Positions 1 to 12,117 of a DNA stretch of 64,000 nucleotides are shown here, piece after piece (position 1 is the stretch's first letter; each line of letters starts with the position of its first letter). Made by a program: the position numbers and the translations under genes. The notes beneath the pieces were generated by a model. It had not been told where the DNA came from and did not search any database. It worked only from the letters and a program-made list of their open reading frames with translations. The DNA is taken from assembly GCA_964106645.2 (NCBI GenBank), contig OZ067039.1. One strand, written 5' to 3'. Source of the stretch: Podarcis pityusensis. Its lineage: Eukaryota.

Positions 1-1
1 T

Positions 2-1933
2 TTTATCTCCATCCTGAGCAAGTGCTTTGACTCGCCCTGGACTACTCGAGCCATCTCTGAAGTCTCTGGGGATAACCAGGAAAATGCATTCTTAGAGAAG
101 GGGTACCGGAGGAGGAAAAGCAGTGCTCCCAGCGAGACAGCTGAACTCAACCCCCCCGGGGGATCGGTGTCAGAAAAGAAGGTTTCAGAGACCTCCCCGG
201 TTAGCCTATTGGACAAAAAGGAAGGGGAGCAGGCCAAGGCTCTCTTTGAAAAGGTGAAGAAGTTCCGGCTCCACGTTGAAAAAGGAGACATCCTTTACAC
301 CATGTATATCCGCCAAACCGTTCTCAAAGTCTTCAAGTTTCTCGTCATCATTGCCTACAATGCAGCCTTGGTTTCCAATATCAGCTTCATTGTGCCATGC
401 ACTGTCAGGATGGAGGACATGACAGGCTATGACCATTTCTGCTGCAACCACACCAAAGCCCACCTCTTCTCCAAACTGGCCATCTGCTACATCTGCTTCC
501 TTGGCATATATGGCATGACGTGTCTCTACACGCTCTACTGGCTGTTTCACCGGCCGCTGAAAGAGTACTCCTTTCAATTTGCACGCAATGAGACAGGCAT
601 CAGCGACATTCCTGACGTCAAGAACGACTTTGCTTTCATGCTCCACCTCATTGACCAGTATGATTCCCTCTACTCCAAGCGCTTTGCTGTCTTCCTTTCT
701 GAGGTCAGCGAGTTCAGACTCAAGCAGATCAACCTCAGTCATGAGTGGACGGTGGACAAACTGCGGCAGAAGCTGCAAACCAACGCCCAAGGCCGGCTGG
801 AGCTCCATCTCTTCATGCTACCAGGGTTGCCTGACACCACCTTTGAGCTGAATGAGCTGCAGTCCCTGAAGCTGGAGCTCCTCAAAGATGTGACATTCCC
901 ACCCTCAGTGACTCAGCTGGCCCAGCTCCAGGAGCTCACACTGATCAACTCTCCCGTCAAGCTCTCTTTCACCTCTCTTATGTTCTTCCGTGAGCAGCTG
1001 AAGGTAATGACTGTGAAGTTTGATGACATCAAAGATATACCGCTATGGACCTACAACTTGAGAGGCTTGGAAGAGTTGCACATCTCGGGACTTTTCAGTC
1101 CAGAGATGGGCCGGGCAGGAACTCTGGAGAACCTGCGTGAGCTGAGGAATCTGAAGACCTTGACTCTGCACAGCAACATCTCAAAACTGCCACCTAGCGT
1201 GTCTGACGTTGCCGCCCATCTGCAGAAGCTCAGGATCTACAACGATGGGACTAAGCTAGTGACCCTCAACAACCTCAAGAAGCTCTTCTCTGTGCAAGAA
1301 GTGGAGCTGATAAACTGCAACCTGGAACGCATCCCCCATGCTGTTTTCAGCCTGGTGAACATGCAGCAGTTGGACCTCAAGGATAACCAGCTGCAGTCCA
1401 TTGCAGAGATCATCAGCTTCCAGCATTGCCGCAAGCTGGTGTGCCTCAAGCTTTGGCACAACCACATTTCCAGCATTCCTGAACACTTCCGCAAGCTCAA
1501 GACCCTAGAGCAGCTTGACCTCAGCCATAACCGCATTGAGGTCCTCCCTTCCCAACTATTCCAGTGTTCTAGGCTGCACACTTTGGACCTTTCCTATAAC
1601 AATATCCAGGTCATCCCCCCCGGGATGGGAGTCCTGCAGAGCCTTCAGCATTTTGCCATTTCTCACAACTCCTTAGAGGCACTGCCAAACGAAATCTTCT
1701 TCTGCAAGCAGCTCAGGGTTCTCAAAGTAGGACACAACAAACTGCACCGCCTCTCTGACCGTGTGAGTTGGCTGCCTTCACTCTCCACACTAGACTTGAG
1801 AGGAAACCCCCTTCAGGCCCTTCCCTTGGAGATTGGCCAGTGCCCAGTGCTCAAACGGAGTGGCCTGCTGGTGGAGAGCAGTCTTTATGAGGCGTTGCCT
1901 TTGGAAATTAGGGAGAAAATGGAGGATCAGTGA
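2..1933 (+). CDS. LRRC8E: LRRC8E (volume-regulated anion channel subunit), 5'-partial last coding exon: intracellular loop, TM3-TM4, LRR domain
   Basis: Frame +2 is open from base 2 ([23 protein letters not shown]...) to TGA at 1931-1933. LRRC8 motifs: [23 protein letters not shown]-type [46 protein letters not shown], then LRRs. E rather than C is assigned from adjacency to MAP2K7. The ORF-track start at 167 (GTG) is internal. Confidence 0.9.
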   Translation, partial: FISILSKCFDSPWTTRAISEVSGDNQENAFLEKGYRRRKSSAPSETAELNPPGGSVSEKKVSETSPVSLLDKKEGEQAKALFEKVKKFRLHVEKGDILYTMYIRQTVLKVFKFLVIIAYNAALVSNISFIVPCTVRMEDMTGYDHFCCNHTKAHLFSKLAICYICFLGIYGMTCLYTLYWLFHRPLKEYSFQFARNETGISDIPDVKNDFAFMLHLIDQYDSLYSKRFAVFLSEVSEFRLKQINLSHEWTVDKLRQKLQTNAQGRLELHLFMLPGLPDTTFELNELQSLKLELLKDVTFPPSVTQLAQLQELTLINSPVKLSFTSLMFFREQLKVMTVKFDDIKDIPLWTYNLRGLEELHISGLFSPEMGRAGTLENLRELRNLKTLTLHSNISKLPPSVSDVAAHLQKLRIYNDGTKLVTLNNLKKLFSVQEVELINCNLERIPHAVFSLVNMQQLDLKDNQLQSIAEIISFQHCRKLVCLKLWHNHISSIPEHFRKLKTLEQLDLSHNRIEVLPSQLFQCSRLHTLDLSYNNIQVIPPGMGVLQSLQHFAISHNSLEALPNEIFFCKQLRVLKVGHNKLHRLSDRVSWLPSLSTLDLRGNPLQALPLEIGQCPVLKRSGLLVESSLYEALPLEIREKMEDQ

Positions 1934-3446
1934 TGAGGAGAATGATAAAGGGGACAGGGGTGTCTTCTCATGTGTTGGCCCCATTGAATCCAAACATGGA
2001 CTGAATGGGGGAGCTGGCTGAAGTTCTATCTTCGGCTGGAACCAAGGAGGGAATGGGAACTTTTCACCCTAATAAGGGAGCAAAGGAACTGAAAAGACAC
2101 AACAAAGAGCAAAAGTAGAAAGTGACTTTTTAAAAAATAAACAACCCTGTTTTCTGAATGGATAAGACCACAGGAATTATCCATTGGGGCGGGGGCGGAA
2201 GCACAGCTACACCTGACCAAATCATCATTATAGCTATTTTTGTACATGTGTGGTGTACTCGTGTATCTTTGTGAAATGCCCTGGGGCTTTGCGGGATTGT
2301 TTTGTTCAAAACTCCTATCTCTGTTCCCTTCTCCTCATCAATGTGTTCAGCTCGCAGGCCTGTAGCTTACAAAGCCCATCTTTTGAGCTTATTAGAAAAC
2401 TTTCTTTTCTGCGGTTTCAAATGCCTATATATCATGGGGTGGGGAATCAGGGACAGGCAACTCTTCAACAGGGAAATAGCCTAATTCCTTTTACTTCTTT
2501 GTTCAAAGAAGGGCTGTGTTCCTTAGCACTGGACGGCCAGAGCACAATGCCTTCACATACCACTGACTGTAAGGAATCTTCTTATGTTTGTGTGTGTCTG
2601 TGTACATATGCATGTATACCTTAATCCCTTCTGGTTTCTGTTTTTGTCACATTCTAATCAGGGTGACATTGGATTATCAGTTCTGCTTGAGTGCTGGAGC
2701 TGAACTTTCTGGCTGTTCAGATCACTTCCCACTTCAGGCTAGGAGAGCCCCGCACCTCGGATCCTCTTCAGAACTCACTTCCTCCCTCATTGCCTTCTCA
2801 CGTAATTTCAGTGAGCACCACACATGGAAGAGAGAAGGAATACTGCACTGTGAAAACCCATCCTCACTACCACTCATGAAAAGCCACCTCATTTCCCCCT
2901 GGAGCCTTTAATCAGTTCTCCACATATTCTAATCCCAGCATAGGTTGAATTAGGGGAGTCGCTTTCTCACTCCTCCTATAAGCACAGACATTCTTCCTAC
3001 CCATTTTCTGTAATCAGAGCAGGTAAGTGCCTTTTGCTTAGCACATGAAGGAGATGTGGGACTCCCCCCCCCCCCTTTGGTTCAAGTTGGCTGAGCTGAT
3101 TTCCCAGGTGGCTTGGGCTTGCTTCTGTTTTGTCCCTTTGGGTCTCAGCTCTCTTATGGCCTCTTGAGACACAAGCAGACTCTTCTGGGCCTGCTATAAC
3201 CTGGCCTTCTCTTCCTGCTTTACCTGATTGCAGAGCACTTTGGGGCATGTAAAAGCCATTGGAAAGGGACCCTGCTTCCTCAATGGCAAAGCAACGCAAA
3301 GCTTGGTCTCAGAATCCTACCTGTTGGCAGCAGACTGCTTCATATCCAGTTAAAGTATGTTTAGAAAAAGTTTATTAAAGATAAGAGAGAGCTGAAATAC
3401 ATGGCATTAAGAAACAATAGTGCACACCTTTAGCAGATGCTGTGCT

Positions 3447-3448
<2 letters not shown>

Positions 3449-3528
<80 letters not shown>
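3449..3528. repeat. Compound microsatellite (CT)n(GT)n
   Basis: About 25 CT units followed by about 14 GT units, read directly. Confidence 0.95.
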
Positions 3529-3531
<3 letters not shown>

Positions 3532-4363
3532 GTTCCTAACCCCCCACTTGTCTTTGCTCATAGAGTTGCCTTGTCCTTAGAAACCTCACAATCTGGTCCT
3601 GGTCCGAAATAGTTTAGTTCATATGTCTTCGGCCTGATTGAATATATAGAGGTGGTTGGATAATGATTTCACCTTCCATTTGTTGAGAACTAGTTGCTTG
3701 AGGGAACTTACACAATAAGGGAGAGGTTGCAGTAGTCCCTGGTAATTATTGTTTTGGTTAATGAAGTCCTAAATTCAGAGCCTGCTGAACAACGAAGGCT
3801 GAAGTCTTGTGCGCACATAACGGGAATAAATCCCACTTGCACTTGAGTCAACATTCATAAGACCAAATAGAAAGGTGGCAAGGAGACAGCCATATCTATT
3901 TGCACTCTCACCAGCAGTCCTTGGGACTCAGCTGCTGAGCCTTGGTTTTGACAGGAGCAAGCTGTGCCCTACACTGGGGCAACCAGCCAGACAGCCAGCC
4001 AATGCTTCATACCTGGGAATGGCACAATAGGCCTCATTCCTCATGCCATGGTGGTTGGAGGAGGAGGAGGAGATGGGTGGGAATGTGAAGCAATGGGTGG
4101 GAAGGAGAACCTGCTATGTGACTCACTGGGAGAAACCAACCAACATAGCTGCATTTTGGGAGTTCTTCTGAGGCCAGAAAATTGGAAGAGGCTGTTCTGC
4201 AGCAAGGTTGTAAAACAGGCCTATTGTGCAGGATCATGTTTTAGTAGCATGAATAACACTGATGGTGTTAACACTGTGGCGGGAGGCCTGGTGTTTACAT
4301 GAGCATGCAGCAAAGTAATTATTTGGCAGTTCACATTTTTGTTTTCCTGGCAAAATGCATTTA

Positions 4364-4560
4364 CAGATTAAGAACTTAATTCATTTTGGAGGTCCGTTCT
4401 TAACCTGAAGCACCACTTTAGCTATTGGGCCTCTTGCTGCCGCTGTGCTACCGTTGTGCAATTTCTGTTCTCAACCTGAAGCAACGTTCTTAACCCGAGG
4501 TACTATATCTGGCTTAGCGGATTCTGCAACCTGAAGCGTCTTTAACCATAGGTACCACTG
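4364..4560. mobile_element. Non-autonomous Tc1/mariner (Tigger-like) MITE, left TIR partly deleted
   Basis: Right end ...GGTACCACTG|TA; left end TA|CAG; repeated internal TTAACCTGAAG motifs. Confidence 0.6.
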
Positions 4561-4679
4561 TACTTAAAAGACTTAAATAACATTGGGTGGGGGGTAGAAG
4601 AAACGCCAGCAGAATTAAAACAGATGTAAAACATTGTAAAAGCCCAGAATCAATGTAAGAGATCTTCAGTTAATTGGGT

Positions 4680-4848
4680 AGGAGGCATAACTTAGTGGTA
4701 AAGCACATGGAAAAGGCCACCTCAGTCTCCAGGTGAAGGATAACAGGTGATAGGAAAGACTCACCTACTTGAGCCGCTGCTCAGAGTAAACATTACTGGG
4801 CTAGATGGACAAGGAGCCCTAACTGGTATAAGGTAGAATCCTATGTTC
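4680..4848 (+). mobile_element. Degenerate tRNA-derived squamate SINE (Squam3-like)
   Basis: A-box-like TAACTTAGTGGTAAAGCAC; 3' CTAGATGGAC...GGTATAAGG...CCTATGTTC tail. Similar to copies at 12472 and 61985. Confidence 0.5.
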
Positions 4849-5209
4849 CCATGTACTTTGTACTAAAAGGATATAAAGTGCCAGCTGGGCTTCCTGGAGA
4901 GGACATTCCATAAATGCGGTGCCACCACTGAAAAGTCCCTTTCTCTGACCACCACCAGTCTAACCTAAATAGGTTGAAACACTTAAGATGGGCCTCGGAA
5001 GATGACCTATGCATTTGAGCAGAGACCATGAGGCTGCAATCCTAACCCCAGCACCTGGGAGTAAGCCAGGCAAGCGAGAAGCACAGTTCAAGGCCACATT
5101 CCAACCAGACACCTGAGGGCCAATGAAGGGTGTGGCCTCAGGAGGAGGCATGTCCTAAGGAGAGGTGTGAAGGGCCTGCATCTCTCCCTCCCTGCCCAGG
5201 TCTGAAGTT

Positions 5210-5470
5210 CCCCGGGGAGGTTCAACTGGTGCCTTCATTATACACCTTTAGATGCCAAGCAAAAATGTTCCTCTTCAACCAGACCTTGGGCTGATTGACA
5301 ACTTATACCCCTTTAAAAATTGTGTGTGGGAGGGGGTGAGCGGGGTTATTGGCTTGTGGGTTTTTTTGTTCTTGTTTTTATCATGTATATTGTGCTTTTA
5401 TATTGTATTTTTAGGTTGTGAACTGCCCTGAGATATGTGGGCAAAGGACAGTATACAAATGTAATAAATT
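5210..5470 (+). mobile_element. L2-like LINE 3' fragment
   Basis: L2-type 3' end GTTGTGAACTGCCCTGAG...GGACAGTATACAAATGTAATAAAT, preceded by a degenerate ORF2 C-terminus. Confidence 0.45.
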
Positions 5471-5782
5471 CTAAGCAGTACACCACCTTAGGTTTCAGGC
5501 AAGGGATTTGGGAAAACACTGCACTGCACCACAGAGGAGTCTGTCAGAAATAGTTGGGATTGTCACTATGTACATCCACTGCCTTTGATATGGGCAATGA
5601 CTGAAAGGGTCCAGACATGATGGATTAGATGTCGGACTGGATCATTTGCTCCAGTAGCTACTTATGCCAGTATTGGATACCTGACAGATTTATATTCTCT
5701 CTTCGATCAGAGGCCAACTGGTGGATTGAGGACCCACTACCAGGTTGCAGCCTAATCTAAAGTGGGTCACAACATCAGCACT

Positions 5783-6092
5783 TTGTTGTTTAGTCGTGTC
5801 CGACTCTTCGTGACCCCATGAACCAAAGCATGCCAGGCACTCCTGTCTTCCACTGCCTCCCACAGTTTTGTCAAACTCATGCTGGTAGCTTCGAGAACAC
5901 TGTCCAACCATCTTGTCCTCTGTCGTCCCCTTCTTGTGCCCTCCATCTTTCCTAACATCAGGGTTTTTCCCAGGGAGTCTTCTCTTCTCATGAGGTGGCC
6001 AAAGTATTGGAGACTCAGCTTCAGGATCTGTCATTCCAGTGAGCACTCAGGGCTGATTTCCTTAAGAATGGATAGGTTTGATCTTCTTGCAG
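5783..6092 (-). mobile_element. BovB (RTE-clade LINE) 5'-truncated copy
   Basis: Minus-strand MRREDSLGKTLMLGKMEGTRRGRQRTRWLDSV... matches the BovB ORF C-terminus; (CAA)n tail. Near-perfect 12-bp TSD AACATCAGCACT (5771-5782) / AACAGCAGCACT (6093-6104). Confidence 0.9.
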
Positions 6093-9000
6093 AACAGCAG
6101 CACTACCACCATACAAATGTATGGAATGAATGAATGAACGAATGAATAGGTCCCCAAATACTTGTTTGGATTACACGGGGGTCTTGTGTATGAAAACACG
6201 GCAGTTTAAGCATTTATGAGCTACGTCACTAGGTTCATTGGCTGTGTGTTGGAGCGTAATGCCACCTAGTGGTTAAAATTATTCAAGCACCTCAAAGAGC
6301 AATAATAAAATGCACTTTTATTTGTGAAAGATGTGGCTGTTCAAACTCTACTAGACAAGGCATTTCAGGTATAAGTCAAATAGCTGATTCTTCAAACCCC
6401 ACTGAAGACTCAGCCTATGCACAACTGCGATTTGTTCTCCTATGCGATCAATTAGCTGCAGACTTCCTTTTGGAAGGGAAGGTTATACATTTTTAAAGGG
6501 AATAAATAAATAGGTGGCTACTGTCCATTCCTAATATGGAATTAAGCCTCCTTACCAGTCTTCACAGCATACAGATTTCTGGGATTGCAACCAACCACAT
6601 TGTTCGGCTGTGTCAGGTCTTACAAGACTGTATGTGTGTAGAGTGGGTGATTATGTTCCTGTATTGTATAAGTGAAAAATAATGCAACTTTAAGGAGAGA
6701 TTTTGCAAAACTGAATCAAGGAATACAGTACATGAAACCTTGACCAAAATATATTGCATCTGTGCCAACTCTGACCACACATCAGGAAGGGCGGGACCTA
6801 CCAGCTGATACATGCAAAAGATATGAGTCAGTCAGGTTTCAGGTCTTGTTATGGGACCTAGAGAAGCTGAGGGAGCTGAGAAAGAACGAGTGGGTGGTCC
6901 AAAACAGGGACAGTGGCTTAGGGTGCAGGCATCACAACAGAGAAGAGTCCCTCAGACTGGGGCTAAGGCTTTATTGGGCCTAGTGGACAGGGATTGGCCT
7001 TTGAGGGTCACATGACTGAATGCTCAGGTAGACCAGTATTACATGTAGTTGAAGCAGAGTTCAGCCTGCCAAACATGCAGTTAAAGCAGACTCCTGGTGC
7101 TGCAGAGATTAAGACACCAGTCTGCTGGGAGTCCTGGTTTGTGCACACACAGTGGGTGCCATGTAACAGGCCTCTGCCTCCAGGGAGCTTGCAGCCTACA
7201 AGAGCCAGTATGCTGTGATGGCTATCATGTTAGTATTACACCAGGGATATGTGGATCTTCAGACTGACCTGTATCAACTTGTGTGCCCTTCCCTTTCTCT
7301 TGTGTGGCTAGAGTTTCCATGTGCGTCACATTCTTCAAAGTTTCAATTAGTCCTTGATTCATTCTGAAAACCTTTTAGCCTCTTTATTTCACAGTTGTGT
7401 AATGCAGGAACAGATTTCTTGCTCAAGCCACTCCACCCAACCCTGATGACCTTATGGCTGTTATTATCAGCCTTCCCTACCTCACAGGGTTGTTATGAAG
7501 AGAAAATGAAGGCAGGGAACTGTTTTGTGGGTGAGGAGTTCTCTTGTGGTTTAGTGGTCGTAGCTTAGCCCCTTCCTTCCCTTCTTCCTTCCTTCCTCCC
7601 CCCCCCCCCCATTTTTCACAGTGAGTTACAGAAGACAGAATAAGAAGTGTGAGTGAGGGAGTTTGTCACAACTGGTAGCAATCCCTTTGCAAGCAAATGA
7701 ATTCCGAGCAACGAGTTTTGCTTCCCTCCTCCTTCCTCCAGTCCTTTCGGCCTGCCTGGAGCTGCCATGGAAACGGAATAAAGCCTCTTGCACTGAGTAC
7801 AGTGTGGTGTGCAGGCTTAATGCACAAGCAAAGGAGAGGGTCTGGGAGAGGAAGATCCTTGCCGGCGGGAGAGAAAAGAGCAGAGGTTGTGCATGAAGAG
7901 TTCTAGAACCGCCTGCAGGTGAGGAATTGATGCCAAATGGGATAAGGAAGTCAGAGAGGGAGAGAAGGTTGGCATGTAACCCACAACCAGTGTTATAACC
8001 ACAGCCAAAAAAATGCTTGTGTCTGTGCATGCTAAAACCACCCTTCTAAATGATATTTAAGGACAGCCTGCTGCAGATCTGGCAACAGTGAAGTGGTTCT
8101 GTTTCAAGGCTGAGTGTCTGGGAGTGCGTGTGTTTTGTTGGTAGATGTTTTAGGGTGCCCCCAAACTGTTGATATTTTGTGGGAGGAATACAAACACATA
8201 CTGGAACTTTAGGTTTGCACAGTTAAAGTGGATTGCAACCCTCTGTCATCCTAGTATCACAAATCCACTTTAAATAAACAACATTGGACTTTTCACAGTT
8301 TACAAAGTGATGGGGAAATGCATTCAAAAGTGTGGGATGATGAATTATTATTATTTATTAAATTTGTATAACGCCCTATACAGTACTTGCAGGTCTAAGG
8401 GCGGTTCAATGACACATAAAGACCCTGCACGCACATAAGGGTGAATGTAAGATAAATACTCTTTGTTGTATAACTACCCCATAAATAAATCAGAACAAAC
8501 GCTCAATGAAGATCAGACATTGTCCAACTATTGTGTAAGCTTTGTGCAAGCATATCAGGATGAATGTTGAATAAACAGGTTGTCTGGAGGAGCCCCGCGT
8601 ATTGTGGACAAACAACAACATTGTCAGCAGCAACAGCCAAAATGAATTGGGAACTAAAGCAACAGCTGCTGTCAGAGACACCAGGATTAGATCCTCTCAC
8701 AAACAACTTGTAGCACAAATGTGCAAATCACTTATTGGTATCTCTGCTTTTCAACTTCAAGTAACAGTAATTCTTCCATCTACTCAGAGTAAGATATCAT
8801 TAAGCCTAGGCCATTTCCCACTTGCCTGATCCACTGTAGGATGTGGAAGACAAAGATGGGGAAATGGAAAGTTGCCTAAACACCACACAGTAAACCACCC
8901 TCTGTACAGCCTTAAGGCATTTTTCCATCTTTCCGCTTTCCACAAAGCAAAGTCTGGTTACAGGATCTAAGGAGAAACTGTGAGTAAGGAAGTGTTGTTG

Positions 9001-9269
9001 CTATTCATGACTTGGAGATAGGTCTTGCTTGGCGAGCATCTCGGCAGATGGCTATATGAATTATATTCTTAGAATTTTTTAAAAAAACACGTATTGAATA
9101 TTTTTCAAGCCACTCCATCTCATTGCAGTTATTCTTATTATTCAATTAGGTATTTATATCCTGCTCTTCTGCGCCAAAAGCATAATCAAGACAGCATGCA
9201 GGATAAAATAATAACAAAAACAAACTAAAATGCAATGTTAAAAACAATAACAAAGAAGCCACAATAAAA

Positions 9270-9597
9270 ACGCAGGGTTGTTTTTAAAAAATTACCTGGG
9301 ATGCATATAGGCTCTGCTCAGCGCTCCCTTTAAAGAGTCACGTGGAGCGTGTGTGCAGCTCTTGGGGGCTTTTCCCCGAGGATGGAGAAGGGCAGCCCGT
9401 CAAGTCCCTTCTCCCACCTTGCGGAAAAGCCCCCAAGAGCCACACACAGTGAAGCGGGAGAAGGGATGGAAGGGTTTTAAGCAAGAAAAGCGAGAGCCGC
9501 TTACATGCTCTGCGCAGAATATTTTTTTCTTGCTTTCCCCCTCTAAAAACTAGGTGCATCTTACGGTCAGGTGCATCTTATGGAGCGAAAAATACGG
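9270..9597. mobile_element. Tc2/pogo-type non-autonomous DNA transposon fragment with internal hairpin
   Basis: Terminus GGTGCATCTTATGGAGCGAAAAATACGG|TA (CCGTA-type TIR); internal inverted repeat at about 9352-9448. Left boundary approximate. Confidence 0.55.
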
Positions 9598-10267
9598 TAA
9601 GAGTCCATAGGTCAGGGCTGGGAAACCTGTGGCTCTCCAGATGTTGTTGCAGACTCCTCAGTGGCAAAGGTTGATAGGAGCTTGAGGACTCAGCTACATT
9701 AGTAAGGAAAAAGTGTTTTATATGCGTTATAACACTGTGACACCAGATAGCACTGTGGAATTCCATCTTTCACCAACATGCTTTCCCACTATGTTGTTTA
9801 CAACGCGTTTTCCTGAAACACTTTCTTTATGTGTCTAGATCCAGCCTAAGACCAGTGACAACTGGAGGGCTACAAGTCCCTCCCTGCCCTAGATTATTAT
9901 TTTTTCACATTTGGAATGGCAGTTCCAACTCGGCATCCACAGATGCCCTGCTGCCCACATTGGTGCCCCTGGGCGGGGGAGGACAGATTATGAGCTTTTA
10001 TTTTTTATTTAAAAAAAAAGTAAGGCTCTAGCCTTCCAGGAAAGTTATGAAGCAAAACATACAGGTACCCTTCTAAGTGATTTCTGCAAGATGGGGGCTG
10101 CTGCCTGTCAATGCTTTTAACCAACGAATGAAGCTGTGATTGATAAATGTGTTGTTTAGACACCAGGCATTAGGAATCCCCCTGTCCTTTAGCACACTTT
10201 TCCTGTTTCTGTCTGTCCTATTTATAGTCTTTGGATTCTCTTTAGTTTGCCCTTCTTTTCCCCGTAG

Positions 10268-10322
10268 CAGCCAGGATGCATCTTCCCTAAGGTCTCTTGG
10301 TGTTAACCAGGGCTTTTTGCAG
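10268..10322 (+). other. Candidate non-coding 5'UTR exon of the LRRC8D-like gene
   Basis: Pyrimidine tract, then TAG|CAG acceptor (10265-10270), and a perfect donor CAG|GTAAGT (10323-10328), about 630 bp upstream of the coding-exon acceptor. Confidence 0.4.
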
Positions 10323-10782
10323 GTAAGTGGGTGCAGGATGGCAGCCTAGACTTTGGTTTATGGTTGACGCTCAGGAAACAGGAGGTTCTTGTGTCCTTGG
10401 CAGCTGTATGGCAGGCAGAAACTCAACAGGTCAAGGCAAGCCTTTCCTAGTATGGAAAGCCTCGCCATAACTGTACTGTCTCTAAGTTTGGGTTATGCCT
10501 GACCACTTTGTTCATCAATGACGGCGCTGTCAATAGTGCCACACAATGCCTGCTGTACAACTACCAGGAGAGGAGCATTCAGTGTGGCAGCATCAAAATG
10601 ATGGAACTCCCTCCCAATGTGCATTATGCAAGCGCCTTCTGTTTTGTAATTTCAAACACATTTCTGTTTAACCAAGCCTTCCTTGAAGTGTGACCAGTTC
10701 TGTATTTTAGTCATTTATAGCTGAACAGTTTTAATGTTTAACTTTTTATATTGTTCCGTGTAACTTTGTATTGCTCACAGTT

Positions 10783-10785
<3 letters not shown>

Positions 10786-10863
<78 letters not shown>
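10786..10863. repeat. (GT)n(AT)n microsatellite
   Basis: Read directly. Confidence 0.9.
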
Positions 10864-10864
<1 letters not shown>

Positions 10865-10953
10865 ACTAGCTAAATGTGCTAAACAAGCAGACTTTGTTTC
10901 AGTACAATAGCCAAGGATGTTACTCAATTCCCACTTACCATTTGCTTCTAGTG

Positions 10954-12117
10954 ATGTTTAACCTGACAGAAGTGACCTTCCTCGGTGATGCCCACGCTCG
11001 GTTCCAGACTCTAAAGCCTTGGTGGGATGTCCTGATGGACTACTTGGTAGTAGCAATGCTTATGGTCTCTCTCCTCTCAGGTACTCTGCTGATTTCTGTT
11101 GACCATATGACCTGCTTGCCACTGAATTACAAGCTAAATGAGACCACAGCAGCTATGCTCAAGCCTGGAGCTATGGACAGTGCCACCAATGAAGAGTTTT
11201 CTGCTGAGAACAGTGGACGCCCAATCAACCTTGACTACCAGCAGTACCTGTACATAAACCATGTCTGCTATCAGAATGCTTTGCCTTGGTTCTCCAAGTA
11301 TTTTCCTTACCTAGCACTTGTCAACTCACTGGTTTTAATGGCAAGCAGCAACTTCTGGTTCAGGTACCCTAAGACGTCCTCAAAGATCGAACACTTCTTA
11401 TCCATCCTCATGAAATGCTTTGAGTCCCCTTGGACCATCAAGGCCGTCTCTGAAATGGTCTACCAGAATTTCGTAGACCTACCCAAAACCACGGATACTA
11501 GAGGGTGTCAAGAACAATTTATTTCCCCTTCATCCTCTCCTATCCTTGACTGGAAGGAGAGGGAGCAGGGCCGGGCACTCTTTGAGAAGATCTGCAGATT
11601 CAGGGCACATGCTGAAGGTGCCAGCTTGATTTATATGGTCTACATGGGACAAACAATCTTCAAAGTTGCCAAGATCCTAACTGTGCTGGGCTACACCTCC
11701 AACTGCATAGGAGCCATCTCCTTTGAACATGTTTGCTGGCTGGACACAAAGAACCTCACCGGCTACTCTGTTTTCCTCTGTAACCACAGCTTGGCTTTCA
11801 TTCTGCAGAAGTTGATGGTGACCTACCTGTTCTTGGTATTCCTCTATGGGGTGGTGGGGGCTTACCCACTGATGTGGCTGCTGCGGCAGCCGCTGCAGAA
11901 GTATTCCTTTAAGCAAATGCGAGAAGACAGTCACTTTCTTGGCATCCCAGATGTCTACAACGACTTTGCTTTCCTCCTGCACATGGCTGATCAGTGCGAC
12001 CAACTATACTCCTGGCGGTTTGCCATCTTCCTCTCAGCCATGAGCAAGAGCTCTTTGCTGGATGTGGGCCTTGAACACAAGGCAAGTATTGAAGGGCTGC
12101 AGCTGCATGTGCATTGA
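10954..12117 (+). CDS. LRRC8D-like protein lacking the LRR domain (387 aa, pannexin-like 4-TM domain only); single coding exon; functional status uncertain
   Basis: ATG at 10954, 2 nt after the acceptor TTTGCTTCTAG. MFNLTEVTFLGDAHARFQTLKPWWDVLMDYL resembles LRRC8D MFTLAEVASLNDIQPTYRILKPWWDVFMDYL. D-type motifs AISFEHVC, KCFESPWT, FLLHMADQCDQLYS; four extracellular Cys kept. TGA at 12115-12117 falls where the LRR region should start. Confidence 0.8.
   Translation: MFNLTEVTFLGDAHARFQTLKPWWDVLMDYLVVAMLMVSLLSGTLLISVDHMTCLPLNYKLNETTAAMLKPGAMDSATNEEFSAENSGRPINLDYQQYLYINHVCYQNALPWFSKYFPYLALVNSLVLMASSNFWFRYPKTSSKIEHFLSILMKCFESPWTIKAVSEMVYQNFVDLPKTTDTRGCQEQFISPSSSPILDWKEREQGRALFEKICRFRAHAEGASLIYMVYMGQTIFKVAKILTVLGYTSNCIGAISFEHVCWLDTKNLTGYSVFLCNHSLAFILQKLMVTYLFLVFLYGVVGAYPLMWLLRQPLQKYSFKQMREDSHFLGIPDVYNDFAFLLHMADQCDQLYSWRFAIFLSAMSKSSLLDVGLEHKASIEGLQLHVH

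Noticed and set aside
206-1581. Antisense and alternative-frame ORFs overlapping LRRC8E (also 11677-12130 over the D-like gene)
   Set aside because: Shadow ORFs caused by codon bias on the coding strand.
10876-10953. ORF-track 26-aa N-terminal extension of the D-like protein
   Set aside because: Starts at GTG, lies upstream of a splice acceptor and has no LRRC8 similarity; the family start is the Met at 10954.
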